Shown: positions 52,232-64,000 of the stretch, in pieces
How positions within the stretch are numbered: the first letter of the stretch is position 1
How the letters are laid out: each line of letters begins with the position of its first letter
Origin: Epiperipatus broadwayi
Lineage: Eukaryota > Animalia > Onychophora
Length of the DNA: 64,000 nt
Assembly: GCA_028023455.1 (NCBI GenBank)
Contig: JAQFVV010000006.1
Span: 15,128,001-15,192,000 of the forward strand
Reading direction: 5' to 3'
The notes under the pieces: model-generated
Database searches by the model: none
Seen by the model: only the letters and a program-made list of their open reading frames with translations
Told to the model about the DNA's origin: nothing
Made by a program: the position numbers and the translations under genes

Positions 52232-54957
52232 ATACTTATATAAGTATATTTACCTTTCAATTTTAGAACAAAGCCCTTAGGCATCGAAATAATAATATAA
52301 ACCGTGGGTGGCCTTTAAATTCACCTACATCCCTCTTTAGTACCTTTAGTGGGGATTAAGCTGAGTATGAAGATCAGTCAGATCCTTCTTGAGTTGATAA
52401 CTTTTCCTTTTTGTGGTCTTCAAAACTTTACTATTTATAGCCAGACCCTTTCTCCCCAATCAGATTCAGTGAGATCCTGACTATTGGTCCATTAGGGTCA
52501 TTAGTTAATGTTTTATCTATAATCTATCATTGGTTTGTGGCGATAAATACTCAATCTGATCTTAAATAAAAATGAGTATATACTATTCTTTGTATTTATT
52601 AAAATTAATGTGTACATGTATTTTCTCACGCAGTACACTGCATTATCCCCTCCTACTCCTGAAAAATGGATGCTTCTCTGGAGTCACACATATAGTCTTT
52701 TAAATATGTAGATGGATAATGAATGACGGTGACATCTATTTTCTTCCTGCTGACCGGTAGTATTCATTTGGGGCTGTCGGATCTCTTGTTCATCTGAATT
52801 TGACACTGATTCCTCATCCATTTTCGTACAAGCCTTTGGTCATTTTCATCAGGTATATTCTTGTTTTCTGATGACACCTCTGTATGAGTTTTAACTGCAT
52901 AATCACAGTTTACTTCCGATCAATTTTTCCGACATAGTTTATTTGCTAATGGTAGCATGCTCCTAATCACAGTTTGTATTTCAACTATTTGGCCTGAAAT
53001 AACTTTGATTGTTTGACCTTCAATCCATGCCTTTGATAGACATATCCATGTTTTCTCCAACCATCCATGTATTTTGGTTGATTGATGCTTGTCATATAAA
53101 TCCCTCCATTTAACATCCAGATCCTGTCCCAGTGATCTATCTCATGCTCTAAATTTCTTCCCTGATGACAGAGCCCATAGTCAGCTTTAAATCTGTTTAG
53201 ATTTGAATCACTTTCCATTCAGTGGCTCATCCATTTTTTTCTCTCTAATGACTGGGAGTTTTCTTACTTTTTTTTCTATACTACGGGTTATACTGTTCAT
53301 CTTTTTGATTCACTCTTAGTGCATTGACCTCATGGTCATTTCTTTTAGCCTGGAACTTACTGAAGAGTTTAACTCCTACCTGTTAACTGTTAGATTTATT
53401 TTTATCAAAGGTAGTGAGCAGATCTGCCATCTGTTCAATGGTTTTACTTCTAGTATCTATTATATAAATGCTCCACTGGATTTGGAAAGCTTCACCTTAC
53501 TATTTTGATAATTTGGTTTTCTGTTACTGGACATGCTGTTAATGCCTATAGCCACTACATTTGGCATTTCCCCAGCTGCATTCCCATGCAATGTAAACAA
53601 TTTTTCCACAATGATAACATTCCATTTTCTCATTTGGTGTCTCTTCTGCCCAACTTGCCTTGATGATTGAAATTTGTTTTGTACCATCCATATGTGTTGG
53701 AATTCTCTAGTTACATAACACTAACTCCTAAATTATGCCTCTTTTGATGGCCTCAGGATATGTTAGATCTGGGATAGCTAATGATTGTTGATGGAGTCTA
53801 TCATCACTCATCCCCCATAAAAACTGCTCTAACAATGCTTCCTCTAAGTAGTCTCCATAGGCACAATTTCTCACAAAGTTCTTCAAACCCATGTTGAAAT
53901 CTCTACAACCCCCCCCCTCACTTGGCATGTGTTACACAAATGCAGGCGAGCTATGTGCTTAGATGGCTCTGGGATAAAATGATTGCTAAGTCACTTAACT
54001 AATTCGATACAAGGTAGACTTTCAGGGTTTTCAGCTTCGCACAGCTGGTTTGCAACCTCAATTATTCTTCGTCCTCTGAAAAGAACTAGTGGCAATTTTT
54101 GTTATATTATCTTAAATTTTATTAATAATAAAATTTATCTATACGTTTTGTATAGATAGGCCACTCAGAGGAATTACTAATGTCAAATTCATCTATTCTC
54201 AACTGAGCTGTAGCCATGTTCCTTACTAACGGCTTGCATATCAATACTTTTAATCAATTTAAACACTGTCCAACTTTTAAATTTTACTAACTGATGATTT
54301 GTGCTTTGACAATCTCATGTTCTTCCATTTGACTGTCAAACTGTGCCAATTATTTGCAACGTTCGAACACTATAACTAACAGCAATCGTGTCTAACACTA
54401 AGAGTATGAAGCAAATAACATATATAAATATAGAAGCTCTCAGAGCCCAGAAGTTTAAAAGTAATAATTGACTAATAAGTTATTCTTACAGTTAGATTAA
54501 CTCTTGCACACACATATGTTTATTTACAGAATATATATATATATACTTATATAGATATATTTACCTTTTCGATTTATGAGAAAAGCCCTTAGGCATAAAA
54601 AATAATAATATAGACCGTGGACAATCTTACAAATTCCACTAGATCCCTCTTTAATACTTTCAGCAGGAATTAAGCTGTGTATGAAGGTCAGTCCAGATCC
54701 TTTTTGAATCTTCTTCATCCGCTTTGATAACCTTTCCTTGTCGTGGCCCTCAAACCTTTACTATTTATAGTCAGATCCCCCAATTGGACTCAATGTGCAT
54801 TATCATCTATTGGTCCATTAAAGTCATTAGTTAATGTTTTAACTATAATCTATCGTTGGTTTATGGCAATGAATGCTACAATCCGATCTTAGATAAGAGG
54901 GGGGTCTAAGCTATTCCTTTTATTTATTAAAATTAATGTCCTGTGCAGCACACTGCA
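52232..54957 (-). mobile_element. Internally deleted Ty3/Gypsy LTR retrotransposon (LTR-gag-integrase tail-PPT-LTR)
   Basis: LTRs start TGCAGTGT at 54957 and 52642. PPT AGGAGTAGGAGGGGA at ~52645-52660; possible PBS TGGCACAG at 54348-54341. Gag start MATAQLRIDEFDISNSSEWPIY at 54217, EQFLWGMSDDRL, decayed zinc knuckle CYHCGK, integrase-like tail PSTYLKDY. Confidence 0.85.
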
Positions 54958-56489
54958 CGAGTTAGATTACTAAATCGATTTCCAGATGAGGAAACTAAAC
55001 AAGAAAAAAATTTCTTTGGTCAATTAATTGGAATTGTTATGCTTTAATTGCTATTTAGGTGTTCAAATGGCACGACTTCCTGAGCAAGTGACCATAAGAT
55101 TATTTGATAACTAGCCATGAGAATTATTTTTCCTAAAAATATTAAAACTGAATTGAATAAAAAATATTATATTTCCAATCATGATCCTTAAGAGTGTATT
55201 AGCTCATGCATATTCCTAATAATAATTATGCAACTATAGTAGTAGTGCTGTCAAAGAAAAAAAATACAACCAAAAAGAATTTTGATTATGTGATATTTGA
55301 ATATGATACACATTTTGCTTACGATTTTATTTTCATTAATTTTAAATTATTTTAAGCCTTCCGATATCCACTGCAATTTATTTTCAAGCTTTCAACGTGA
55401 ATACTGAAAATGGTTAATAGCGAATGCTACGAAATATAAATGTTTAACAAATATACGCATATCCGTGATTCAATTTAATTTAAAAATTGTACATATTAAA
55501 ATAAAAACAGGAATATTGTAATTATTGAAAAGAAGAAAAATGGGTGCATTAAATACAGTGTTTCATGCATAGATAATTTATTCTTTCGAACATATGACTA
55601 ATTTTAGTACTACATAAATTATTTTCATTTTATCACTTAAAGAAAGACTTCAAGACTTGGCAGAATTTTCACCATAATTAACTTCAACTTTGAAACCACT
55701 TTAAACAAAATTTTATCCCATAATTCATTGCAGCAATACAGCATAAAATAATATTTTCACTTTTGTAATAACTATGACTGAGCATTGCACAAAGTGTATG
55801 AAATCATGTGACTGATTAGCATATTGTATAAGAACACACAATTGACTATTGTAATAAGTATATAAAACTACATGAATGAATACTGAATTGAATGTGTGAA
55901 ATTATGTCTGAGTACGGCACTGAGTATGTACGCCTATGTGACTGTGCACTCAACTGGGGTATATATCATGTGACTGAATACTGTACTGTATGAGTGGAGT
56001 GACTCACTACTACACAAGAGTGTATGAGGATGAGGGAACAATTAATGTCAGCCATACAAATAGGCTGGTATCAAATTTTACAAATTCACATTTATGAATT
56101 TCTCTTTTTTTTTCCACTTAACTTTTTTTACAAATTGTAAATTATTAAAATTGTGGAAAGTGAATCCATAGATAAGCGATAATACAGTATTTGCTTTTGA
56201 GATAACACTTTTTACATCCAATTAATCATTCTTGTCAGTCAAAAAAAAATTATTTTTTTGTTTCTTTTATTTCAACTTAATTGCTAATATATGTAAAAAT
56301 AAAGGAGTTGCTTGTAATTTTTTCTATTAAGATTTTTTTAAAAAAACAATTTTATAACACATATTTATAAACATGCATGCACACTATACGAAACCATTAA
56401 AACACCACATAATCATCTTTTCTTATGCTTACACAAGATGTCAAAACAATAACAAATTTTTTCACACAATAGCACTTCCTAGTTCGAGC

Positions 56490-56915
56490 TCTAGTAATCA
56501 ATAAATGCTAGAGGGTAGTACATCATAATCCCTATCCGGTGCCTATCTATCAAATATCCCCAGTCTAGTTTTTAGCTTATGGCTTTTATCAGTGAGGAGC
56601 TTGAATCCTGGAGCAGTGCAATTGGATCTTTGGATACAATGCACTGTTTCAGCATCCATCTTTTACAAGTATATTAGCTTGGATTGAAAACATTAATGTC
56701 CTTTCAGTTTGTAATAATTAGCTTTACAGTGAACCAAAAAGCTTAAAAGGTGGGTGTTGGAGACTGCATTGAATCCAAAGATCCAGGTGCATTGCTCCCA
56801 GATCCAACCTCACTGATATAAGACAAACTAGAAATTAGTTTGGTGATGTTGGATGGACTACTGGATAAGGATTATAATGTATAATCTTCCAACATCTATT
56901 GAGAGCTTGCATTAG
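56490..56915. mobile_element. Inverted pair of degenerate family A units
   Basis: Minus core at ~56555-56600 (CTGATAA...AAAAC-TAGAC) and plus core at ~56808-56845 (CTGATAT...GAAAT-TAGTT). Confidence 0.75.
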
Positions 56916-58996
56916 ATATGAGAAAAAATTTTCTACTGTTTTTACACTATATGTATATATGTAATTTGTAGATATTATTTATATAGGTATCACACAGATA
57001 ATATAGGATAAGTATTACATTCACACACATACCTCTTGTCCTGCTGCAGCATCCAATAGTTGAGAAAGAAAATTACAAAATACAGTAGGAAAATCAGTTA
57101 AGGCTAAAAACTGTATTAATTTATTTGTATCCCTAAATAAATAAATAAAACATAAAACCAATAAGATCAAACATAACAAACAAATATTTATTAATAATGT
57201 TAAGTATTATGTATAAAAACAAACATATAATTACATGAATACATTTTGCCAAAAAATTCAAAATGTTATTTTAATTTGGAAATGGTCAGTGCCCTTAGGA
57301 GCTCCGCCGCTGGCATTATATTACAATCATATTTTTAAGCAGCATTGACATTCACCTGACCAATTCAGATTAACCAGTAAACTTTGCCCTCTAACTAATA
57401 ATAACTGTAGACCCAAAACTATAAATCAAAATTTAATAAGAAATATTCCATTCAGGTTACGATGTCTGATGAAAAAATATAGAGCTGATCTCTACTAATT
57501 TAAAAATATATCTATTACATGGAAAATGAATCGTGAAAAAGATAAGTCATAAACAACAAATAAGACTGACAAAACTAATGATAAATATTATTAGCAGAAA
57601 TCACTTCCCATTAATCAAGATCATAAAAATGTTAGTGAAGCTAAGAAAAAAAAGTTACATTCTGAAGCAGTAAAGTTTCAATATTCTAGGTGAAAATAAT
57701 TTAAATCGTTGGGAATTAAAACAAAAGTAACAAAGCAGAAAAGGAAACAGAATCCCAGTAGCCAAAATTATATTTATCAAAACTGTACGAAAAGTTTAAA
57801 CCAATGAATTTACCATTTAAAAAAAAATGCTGCATCCATAACAGGCAAATCATATTACTTAATCATCTTTGCACCACAATAAACGGATGAGGGCTAAAAT
57901 AGTCTATGAATCCATAAGTATGACTTAAGTTACGAACACACAAAAAAGATTTCATATGCCAATAAACAAGCTAGACCTATATACCAAATATGGAAATAGG
58001 TGTTAAGACATTCCAGATTAATTACAGTAAATGGTAAAACAACTGCTGAGCAGACCAAAGAAAATTCTGAATATAGAAAGCTCACATACTAGGTTTCAAG
58101 ACATTGATCAAATCAGAGATCAAAAAATCAACTACTTGCATAAGGTCAAACACAAAAAAAATTATTGACATACCAGAATAGTACCACGATAATAAGATCA
58201 TTCTACAGAACTTAAAAATCCTCTGTGAAGATTATCTTTTTATAATAAGAGAAAAGGCTTTAGCATGACTCTATATTTGAACAGCACAGATAAATGATAA
58301 CATTGAGAAGTATTATCAAAGATCAAGCAATTGATTCATAATAGCATTAAAAAAAAGGTAGAAACTAGTTAGAAACACAAATAATGTTAGTGAGAATAGA
58401 TTTATTATCACTTCAGTCAATTGAAGATAGTAGTAAACAATAAGTGGGACATCACTGTCCCAATTATTAAGGTAATAAAACATATTTAAAATATTCTTAT
58501 ACTAACATGCATATAAACTAAATCCATGCACATGCATTAATTATGGCTAGGGATAGCCCACAAAAAGTCAGTCGATCAGCCTAAACTATGTAATGAGTAC
58601 GTGTTTTGAATACAGTGATAAGGAGTAATTGTTTGATCATTTTTCCCAAGTTAAAAGAAACTTTTTTGAAATGAAGAGATGGGCGTGTGAAATAAGTGTG
58701 TGTTTATAAAGGAGAATGACAACAATTTTATAAAGAAAGAAGTTATGTTCTGATAATTACCTGATGTTTATTTAATAATAAATAAATATATCACTGATTG
58801 ACTTATATACTTTGTTCAATCTAATATAAATTCTCCTTCAATTTTTTTAGACTGATATCAAGAGTTTCCAAAAATATTTTCAATACCATCATTATTGAAC
58901 ACATGTTCAAGCCTTCATTAAACACAGGGTCAAATGTTTTGACAGAAACGAAAGCTCAAATATATTTTTAAAAGTTACAAAAAGAATCCAAATATT

Positions 58997-59356
58997 AAAA
59001 TATTTGGTTATTTACTCATAATTAAGTTTCAGTAAGAATGCGTTTAGTAAATTCTAAGTAATTACACCAACATCATTCAGTCAAAAACATCGTAAATAGT
59101 AATTTAAAGTGAGTATCTACTCACGCTCTCTTCAACAGTTCTTCAGATTTGCTCATATAAAAGAATTTGAGTCGTAGGAATAAGAGGTATTCTTTTTATT
59201 CCTGCATAAATACTATATCTTGGATTGAAGAGGAGAGTATTCATTTATTTAACACTCTCAAAAGGCGCGTGCTCAATTAGCTTGAAAGGCTGATATTGGA
59301 ATGAAATATAATTACAAGCACGGCGCTAGATAAAATATTTGCTTATTTAATCATAA
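58997..59356. mobile_element. Second copy of the ~338 bp structured repeat, with ~27 bp terminal redundancy
   Basis: Reverse complement of 34789-35125. It ends GCACGGCGCTAG at 59329, then repeats its own start. Confidence 0.85.
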
Positions 59357-60170
59357 ATAATAGGAGTAAAAGTTAGTGATTGCCTCACTATCAAAGGTTG
59401 TCAATCTGAATGCAGCATTAATATCTAGTGATAATTAATTATAACCCTGAAGTAGAGTAAGTATTGCACCTAAAGTAATGGCAAAATTCAATTAATACTA
59501 TTAATTGCTGATGAATCCTCAGGTAATAAAAAGAAACTGGTAAAATCGTATGAGATTATAGGAGATAAAATATGGGACAATTGAAGATAAAAAGAATGAA
59601 GTGAAATGTAAAAAAAGATAGAACACATAGAGCATAATATACTACTCCAGTATAACAATAGATGCTACTAGCGAAAATTCCTAAAGCTAGAAAATAAACA
59701 CCAAAGCAAATAAATCATTTTATTCCAAATAGCACTAACCTAACAAAAGCATTGTCAGTAATATAAATTAAACCTTAGCTACCAAAAAAAGGACTACAAA
59801 AAGCTCAAAATCTATCCAAAATTTCATTGAAAAGAAATTTTCTAGATTACATCAAAAGTTAATCCATGATGATGAGAAGGGGAGCAGAAATAAACAAAAT
59901 ATAAATTCATTAAATATATACAATTACAAAATATCCATCAAAAGTTTTATATATTATTAGAAAGTGTAACTTTCCAAAAAGATAAATATAATTAAAAAAA
60001 ATTGTTAAAGGTATCTATATATAGAATGAGAAAATAAGGGTTTAAGACACTTATTAATTTAGATTTATATATATATATGAAAGTGGAAGGGATTTGAACT
60101 CAGACTTCTAAGCTACCCATTCCATCTTATACAACCGATACATATGACCACATATATGTGAAAAAGATAA

Positions 60171-60224
60171 ATGGTCTTGAATATATGTATTTTGTGCTGA
60201 ACCAACACTCATCAGTTGGACCAT
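60171..60224 (-). ncRNA. Minimal hammerhead, family D copy 1
   Basis: ATGGTCCAA-CTGATGA-GTGTTG-GTT-CAGCAC-AAAA-TACATAT-A-TTCAAGACCAT. G12 is changed to A. Confidence 0.7.
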
Positions 60225-60644
60225 CATCTCCCACACATATATATATAATCAGTGCTCAATTTGTATTAAAATAGAAATCTTTAAACTTTAATGGACAGGC
60301 TTCAATCTTCTCCACCATCCAATTCTTCAGACATCCATATCATTGAAAATCTGATGATGGAAGACTCAAAGCCCTTGTTGATGCCAATCTTATTGTCATA
60401 TCCAAGCTGACTTTAAGATACTCTGACCCTCATGAATAGGACCTTAATAATGTCCCTTTAAATACATAGAAGTGGATTAGCAGACTACAGGTTAAATATG
60501 TAATATTTAAATACAAGTATATTGTCAATACTGAACTTGATGGCATTGGAAGGGATTTAAACTCAGACTTTCAAGCTCTCTACAAACTATCCATTCTATC
60601 TTATACAACCAAAACATATGACCACATACATGTCAAAAAGATTA

Positions 60645-60703
60645 ATGATCTCCAATATACAAATTTTGTGCTGCACCAACACTCATCAGTTGCTCCAGAT
60701 CAT
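60645..60703 (-). ncRNA. Minimal hammerhead, family D copy 2
   Basis: ATGATCTGGAGCAA-CTGATGA-GTGTTG-GTG-CAGCAC-AAAA-TTTGTAT-A-TTGGAGATCAT. G12 is changed to A. Confidence 0.7.
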
Positions 60704-61119
60704 CTTCTCCCACACGTATATATAATCAATGCACAGTTTATATTAAGATAGAAAATCTTCAAACTTTAATGAACAGGCTTCCATTTTCCCCACCTTCCAA
60801 AAACCTTCAGCCATCCATAGCATTGAAAATCTGATGAAATACTAAATACGTATATTGGAGATCATTTATCTTTTTCACATGTATGTGGTAAAGGGTATCG
60901 ACTATATAAGATGGAGTGGACATCTGTAGATAGCTTGATAGTCTGAGTTCAAATCTCTTCCAACTTGTATTTAAATATTATATATATGAAATATAATATT
61001 TTAATGATAGCAAAAATATAAGGTGCAATTTAAGTTCAACCACTGGTCATTTTATGACTTGAATTCAAATCTAGGCCAAGTAAACCTTTAACACTTTTTC
61101 AAGGGATTAACATTTGTCT

Positions 61120-61240
61120 TTGAGGTAGCATCACACAATTAATCCAAATGATTACTCCATATTAGCTGATAAAAGGACCTTGAGGTAGCCATCACACAAT
61201 CAATCCAAATGATTACTCCATATTAGCTGATAAATGGATA
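61120..61240. repeat. ~60 bp tandem duplication
   Basis: TTGAGGTAGC(C)ATCACACAAT...ATTAGCTGATAAA occurs twice. Confidence 0.85.
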
Positions 61241-63904
61241 TCTACCCATACCTAGCTAGAAGCCAAAATAAGAAGGGAAAACCATTTAACATTCACTATT
61301 CAACAATTGACAAGTCTGGTGAATACTGCCTTCTATTTCAGTGTTTTCTATAAGAAATTGTTGGAATTTTGCTTTGCAGTGGGAAGAGCTGTTTTACTTT
61401 TACCTAAATGTATATGTAGGATTATCAGTTTATGGTAGTAATTAACCAAATCATTAATGCTAAAAGCATTGCCACTGCAATCAAAGATCATTCATTACAC
61501 TGGTAAATGGTCAGCAAACTTATTATTAATGAATAGAATTGTAACACTTTCGTTAAAGATTGCTCTATGGGATAAAAAGACCCACTGGTACTAATTTTCC
61601 AAGCATTTACACTTAGTTCCTACCAACTTTTTCCCTGGTATTCCGAAAAATCAGAGAATAATAAATTCTTTACATAAAATTCCTTTTTCAGCACCTGCTT
61701 TGGTTCACTTTTCAAATGTTACTAATCTATTTAACGTTAACAAATTATTTCTGACATAAAACCATTCTGTGTCCAATAATGGAATTAAAACAAACAATAA
61801 TAATATAAATAATTAAAACAAATCAAAACCCTCATATATAAATTCAATAATTACAAAATAATTGACTATATCATAACAATATGTGGTGCTTGTCTTATAG
61901 ATAAAGATGCCGTTGGATGGCACCGTTTTCAAGCTAAAACTATAAAATATGACCATTCCCAGGCTGTTGATTATAATAATTTTGCTGTGCTTTTTTGTAA
62001 TGCGAAAATAAAAACAACAAAATCGTCTTTTATAAATATTATTTTTTATTAATGTATACAATTTAAATGATAATAATAAATGTAAAATAAAATCAACAAA
62101 TTACAATTTGATTCGTGTTTTTTCTATCGTATATTTTTTTAATTGTGTTACGGCTTTTTTTTTATCAATTTTCTATCGGATATTTTTTTACTTGTGTTAC
62201 GACTTTTTTTGTTGTTGTTGTTTAACTAAAAAATAATAATCGTAATAAAAAGTAAAATTTCTTAGTCTATTTTTTATTTTTTTAATCTTCATTTTACATT
62301 TCTTTTTTTTTTTACAGACAAAGAGATATTACGGCTATTTTTTACTTCAAATAGAATGACAATAAAAAGTAAGTTGTTTTGGTTAGTTTTAGGGTTAGTG
62401 TTCTGTTGTTTGTAATGCTAAAATAAAAAAATTCAAAATCGTAACCGTACTCAGACAAAATAAAGAAACTCAAACTTTTTTAAACAACAACAAACACATA
62501 TAAATGTCTTCTTTACTTATTAAACATGTTTATAATATTTGCTTTTTATGAAATTTACAAAAAAACGTGTATATTTGTACTTTTCTTACTGGATATTTTT
62601 TTGGTACCGCTCTTTTTTACTTCAAAAATATACACACGGTGTCTCGTGGAATGTTACGAACAGTATGTTACTTGACGCGTTACCTAATTGCAACTCACTA
62701 AAAACATAGATATTTAACATTTTCCCAATTAAAACTTCAAGACAGTACGTTGTAAAAAGTCTTAGAATTATTACTTTAAAAAATCTGAACATTTCAATAC
62801 TTTAAAATCCAATGAAAACAACATTTCCATCCAATTCAAATACAAACTCTCTCATCAAGCCGTAACTATTTTATAAACTGTGCAAATTCGGAAAATGTAA
62901 TTGCTGCGATGTGACATACATGCTGTACTGCGACGCGACATAGCGGCCTGCATTCTGTAGCACAACAAAAAAGTTGTATTATAGAAAATGCGGGTTCGAA
63001 TGTGTCAGCCGCGGAAACAGCATTTTTATGTGTTTTAGTGCGAAAACTGCGCCATAGAGCAGCGTCTTTAGCTATAAGATGAGTACCCAATATGTTAAAT
63101 AAATATTACATGCATTTTTTTATACAATTGTATATATAGGAAATCGTAACTATATAGGTCATCATTCAGTATATTTTGGCATCTTCATGAATAATCAACT
63201 ATAAAATAATATGACAAAATCACTCTCTGCTTCATAAAATGGAAGCTTCCTGGACAAATTATTTACAAAATAAACCATTTCATATTGCATAAGCTTAAAA
63301 AAATATGTATGCTCAAACACATATAAAAAGTGAGAATGATTTTAAAATGACGTATCCAATTCAACACCAGGAAGCTGTCATTAGAACTTATGGTAAAAAG
63401 TAATTAGTAATCATCTAAAATCAAAAGGCTACGTTTAAAAATTTTTTAACAAAACCATACTGCGAATAAAAATTAATGGAACTTTAATTAGGAAAAAGAC
63501 ATCTTTCATTAGTTAAAGAAATTTAAGGGTGGTTATTATCATTCTTATTTTGTCTTTATATACAATGTATAATTTATTTATTTTAATTTAAATTAATAGA
63601 GAAGGATAAATTTTAAATATTGATCATGTGAGAAAATTTCTAACTCATATTTAAAGCTGCAAAAAGTAAAATATTGATCTGTAACGTCCATACAATGACT
63701 TTTTTTAAAAAAAAAAAAACATTTCTGATATACGAAATTAGTAATTACAAAAAATATTTTCTTGCCAAATATTAGTTTTTGTACAAGTCATTTATTTAGA
63801 AAATTTTTTTAAAAAGACACCTAATCTAAAGGTAATTTTAAATAACGGGAGAGAAGAAAAAAAAACAAAAAGATGCTAGAGAAATTTAAGAATATAGTAG
63901 TTTT

Positions 63905-64000
63905 AATTAAAACAGGCAAAACTCACTATACACATATTGACATACACAACAAGCTAAAGTAATCAATGGATGCCAGAAGGCTTGTGCATAAAATCCCCAT
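63905..64000 (-). repeat. Family A unit truncated by the window edge
   Basis: GGCAAAACTCACTATA...TCAATGGATGCCAGAAGGCTTGTGCATAAAATCCCC is the reverse complement of the family A 3' part. Confidence 0.8.

Larger units (their letters stand above)
60075..60990 (-). mobile_element. Family D HHR array: two ~465-475 bp tandem monomers plus an inverted partial copy
   Basis: 60080-60360 repeats at 60545-60838; 60845-60985 is inverted. Confidence 0.85.

Noticed and set aside
57460-57520. CTGATGA...AAAAATATATC hammerhead lookalike
   Set aside because: No GAAA and stem I does not abut the core.
57400-58400. A-rich strand-biased stretch suggestive of an old LINE ORF
   Set aside because: No RT or EN motif could be recovered by eye.
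59500-59550. CTGATGA...GAAACTGGTA hammerhead lookalike
   Set aside because: No credible helix I or II.
62620-63080. CpG-richer patch with a B-box-like GGTTCGAAT
   Set aside because: No A-box, tRNA fold, termini or linked gene found; cannot tell promoter from repeat.

Overview
AT-rich eukaryotic (animal-like, probably invertebrate) scaffold with a 500-N gap at 27158-27657. The only confidently recognisable host coding sequence is the last exon of a CYP2-clan-like cytochrome P450 (3654-3838, +); its upstream exons were not found in the window. The rest is mostly decayed mobile DNA: RTE LINEs, a Buster-type hAT, a mariner, pogo-like pieces, an internally deleted Gypsy element, two 2.7-2.9 kb TG..CA solo-LTR-like insertions, tRNA-derived heads, and a duplicated block (6567-12200 vs 24420-27157). 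The dominant signal is a dense set of short repeats carrying minimal type I hammerhead ribozymes (HHR) of the Penelope-like-element (PLE)/retrozyme kind. About 15 intact or decayed cores fall into about five sequence families, and helix III is a different palindrome in each (ACTAGT, ACCGGT, ACGT, ATAT, ATACGTAT, AGCATGCT). They sit in 300-470 bp tandem monomers, inverted pairs and foldbacks, alongside a remnant PLE GIY-YIG endonuclease. One family has a non-canonical A at core position 3. A separate, highly structured ~338 bp element has the same tandem-plus-inverted architecture and a 13 bp TSD but no recognisable ribozyme. All folds and alignments were done by eye, so boundaries of decayed repeats are approximate.
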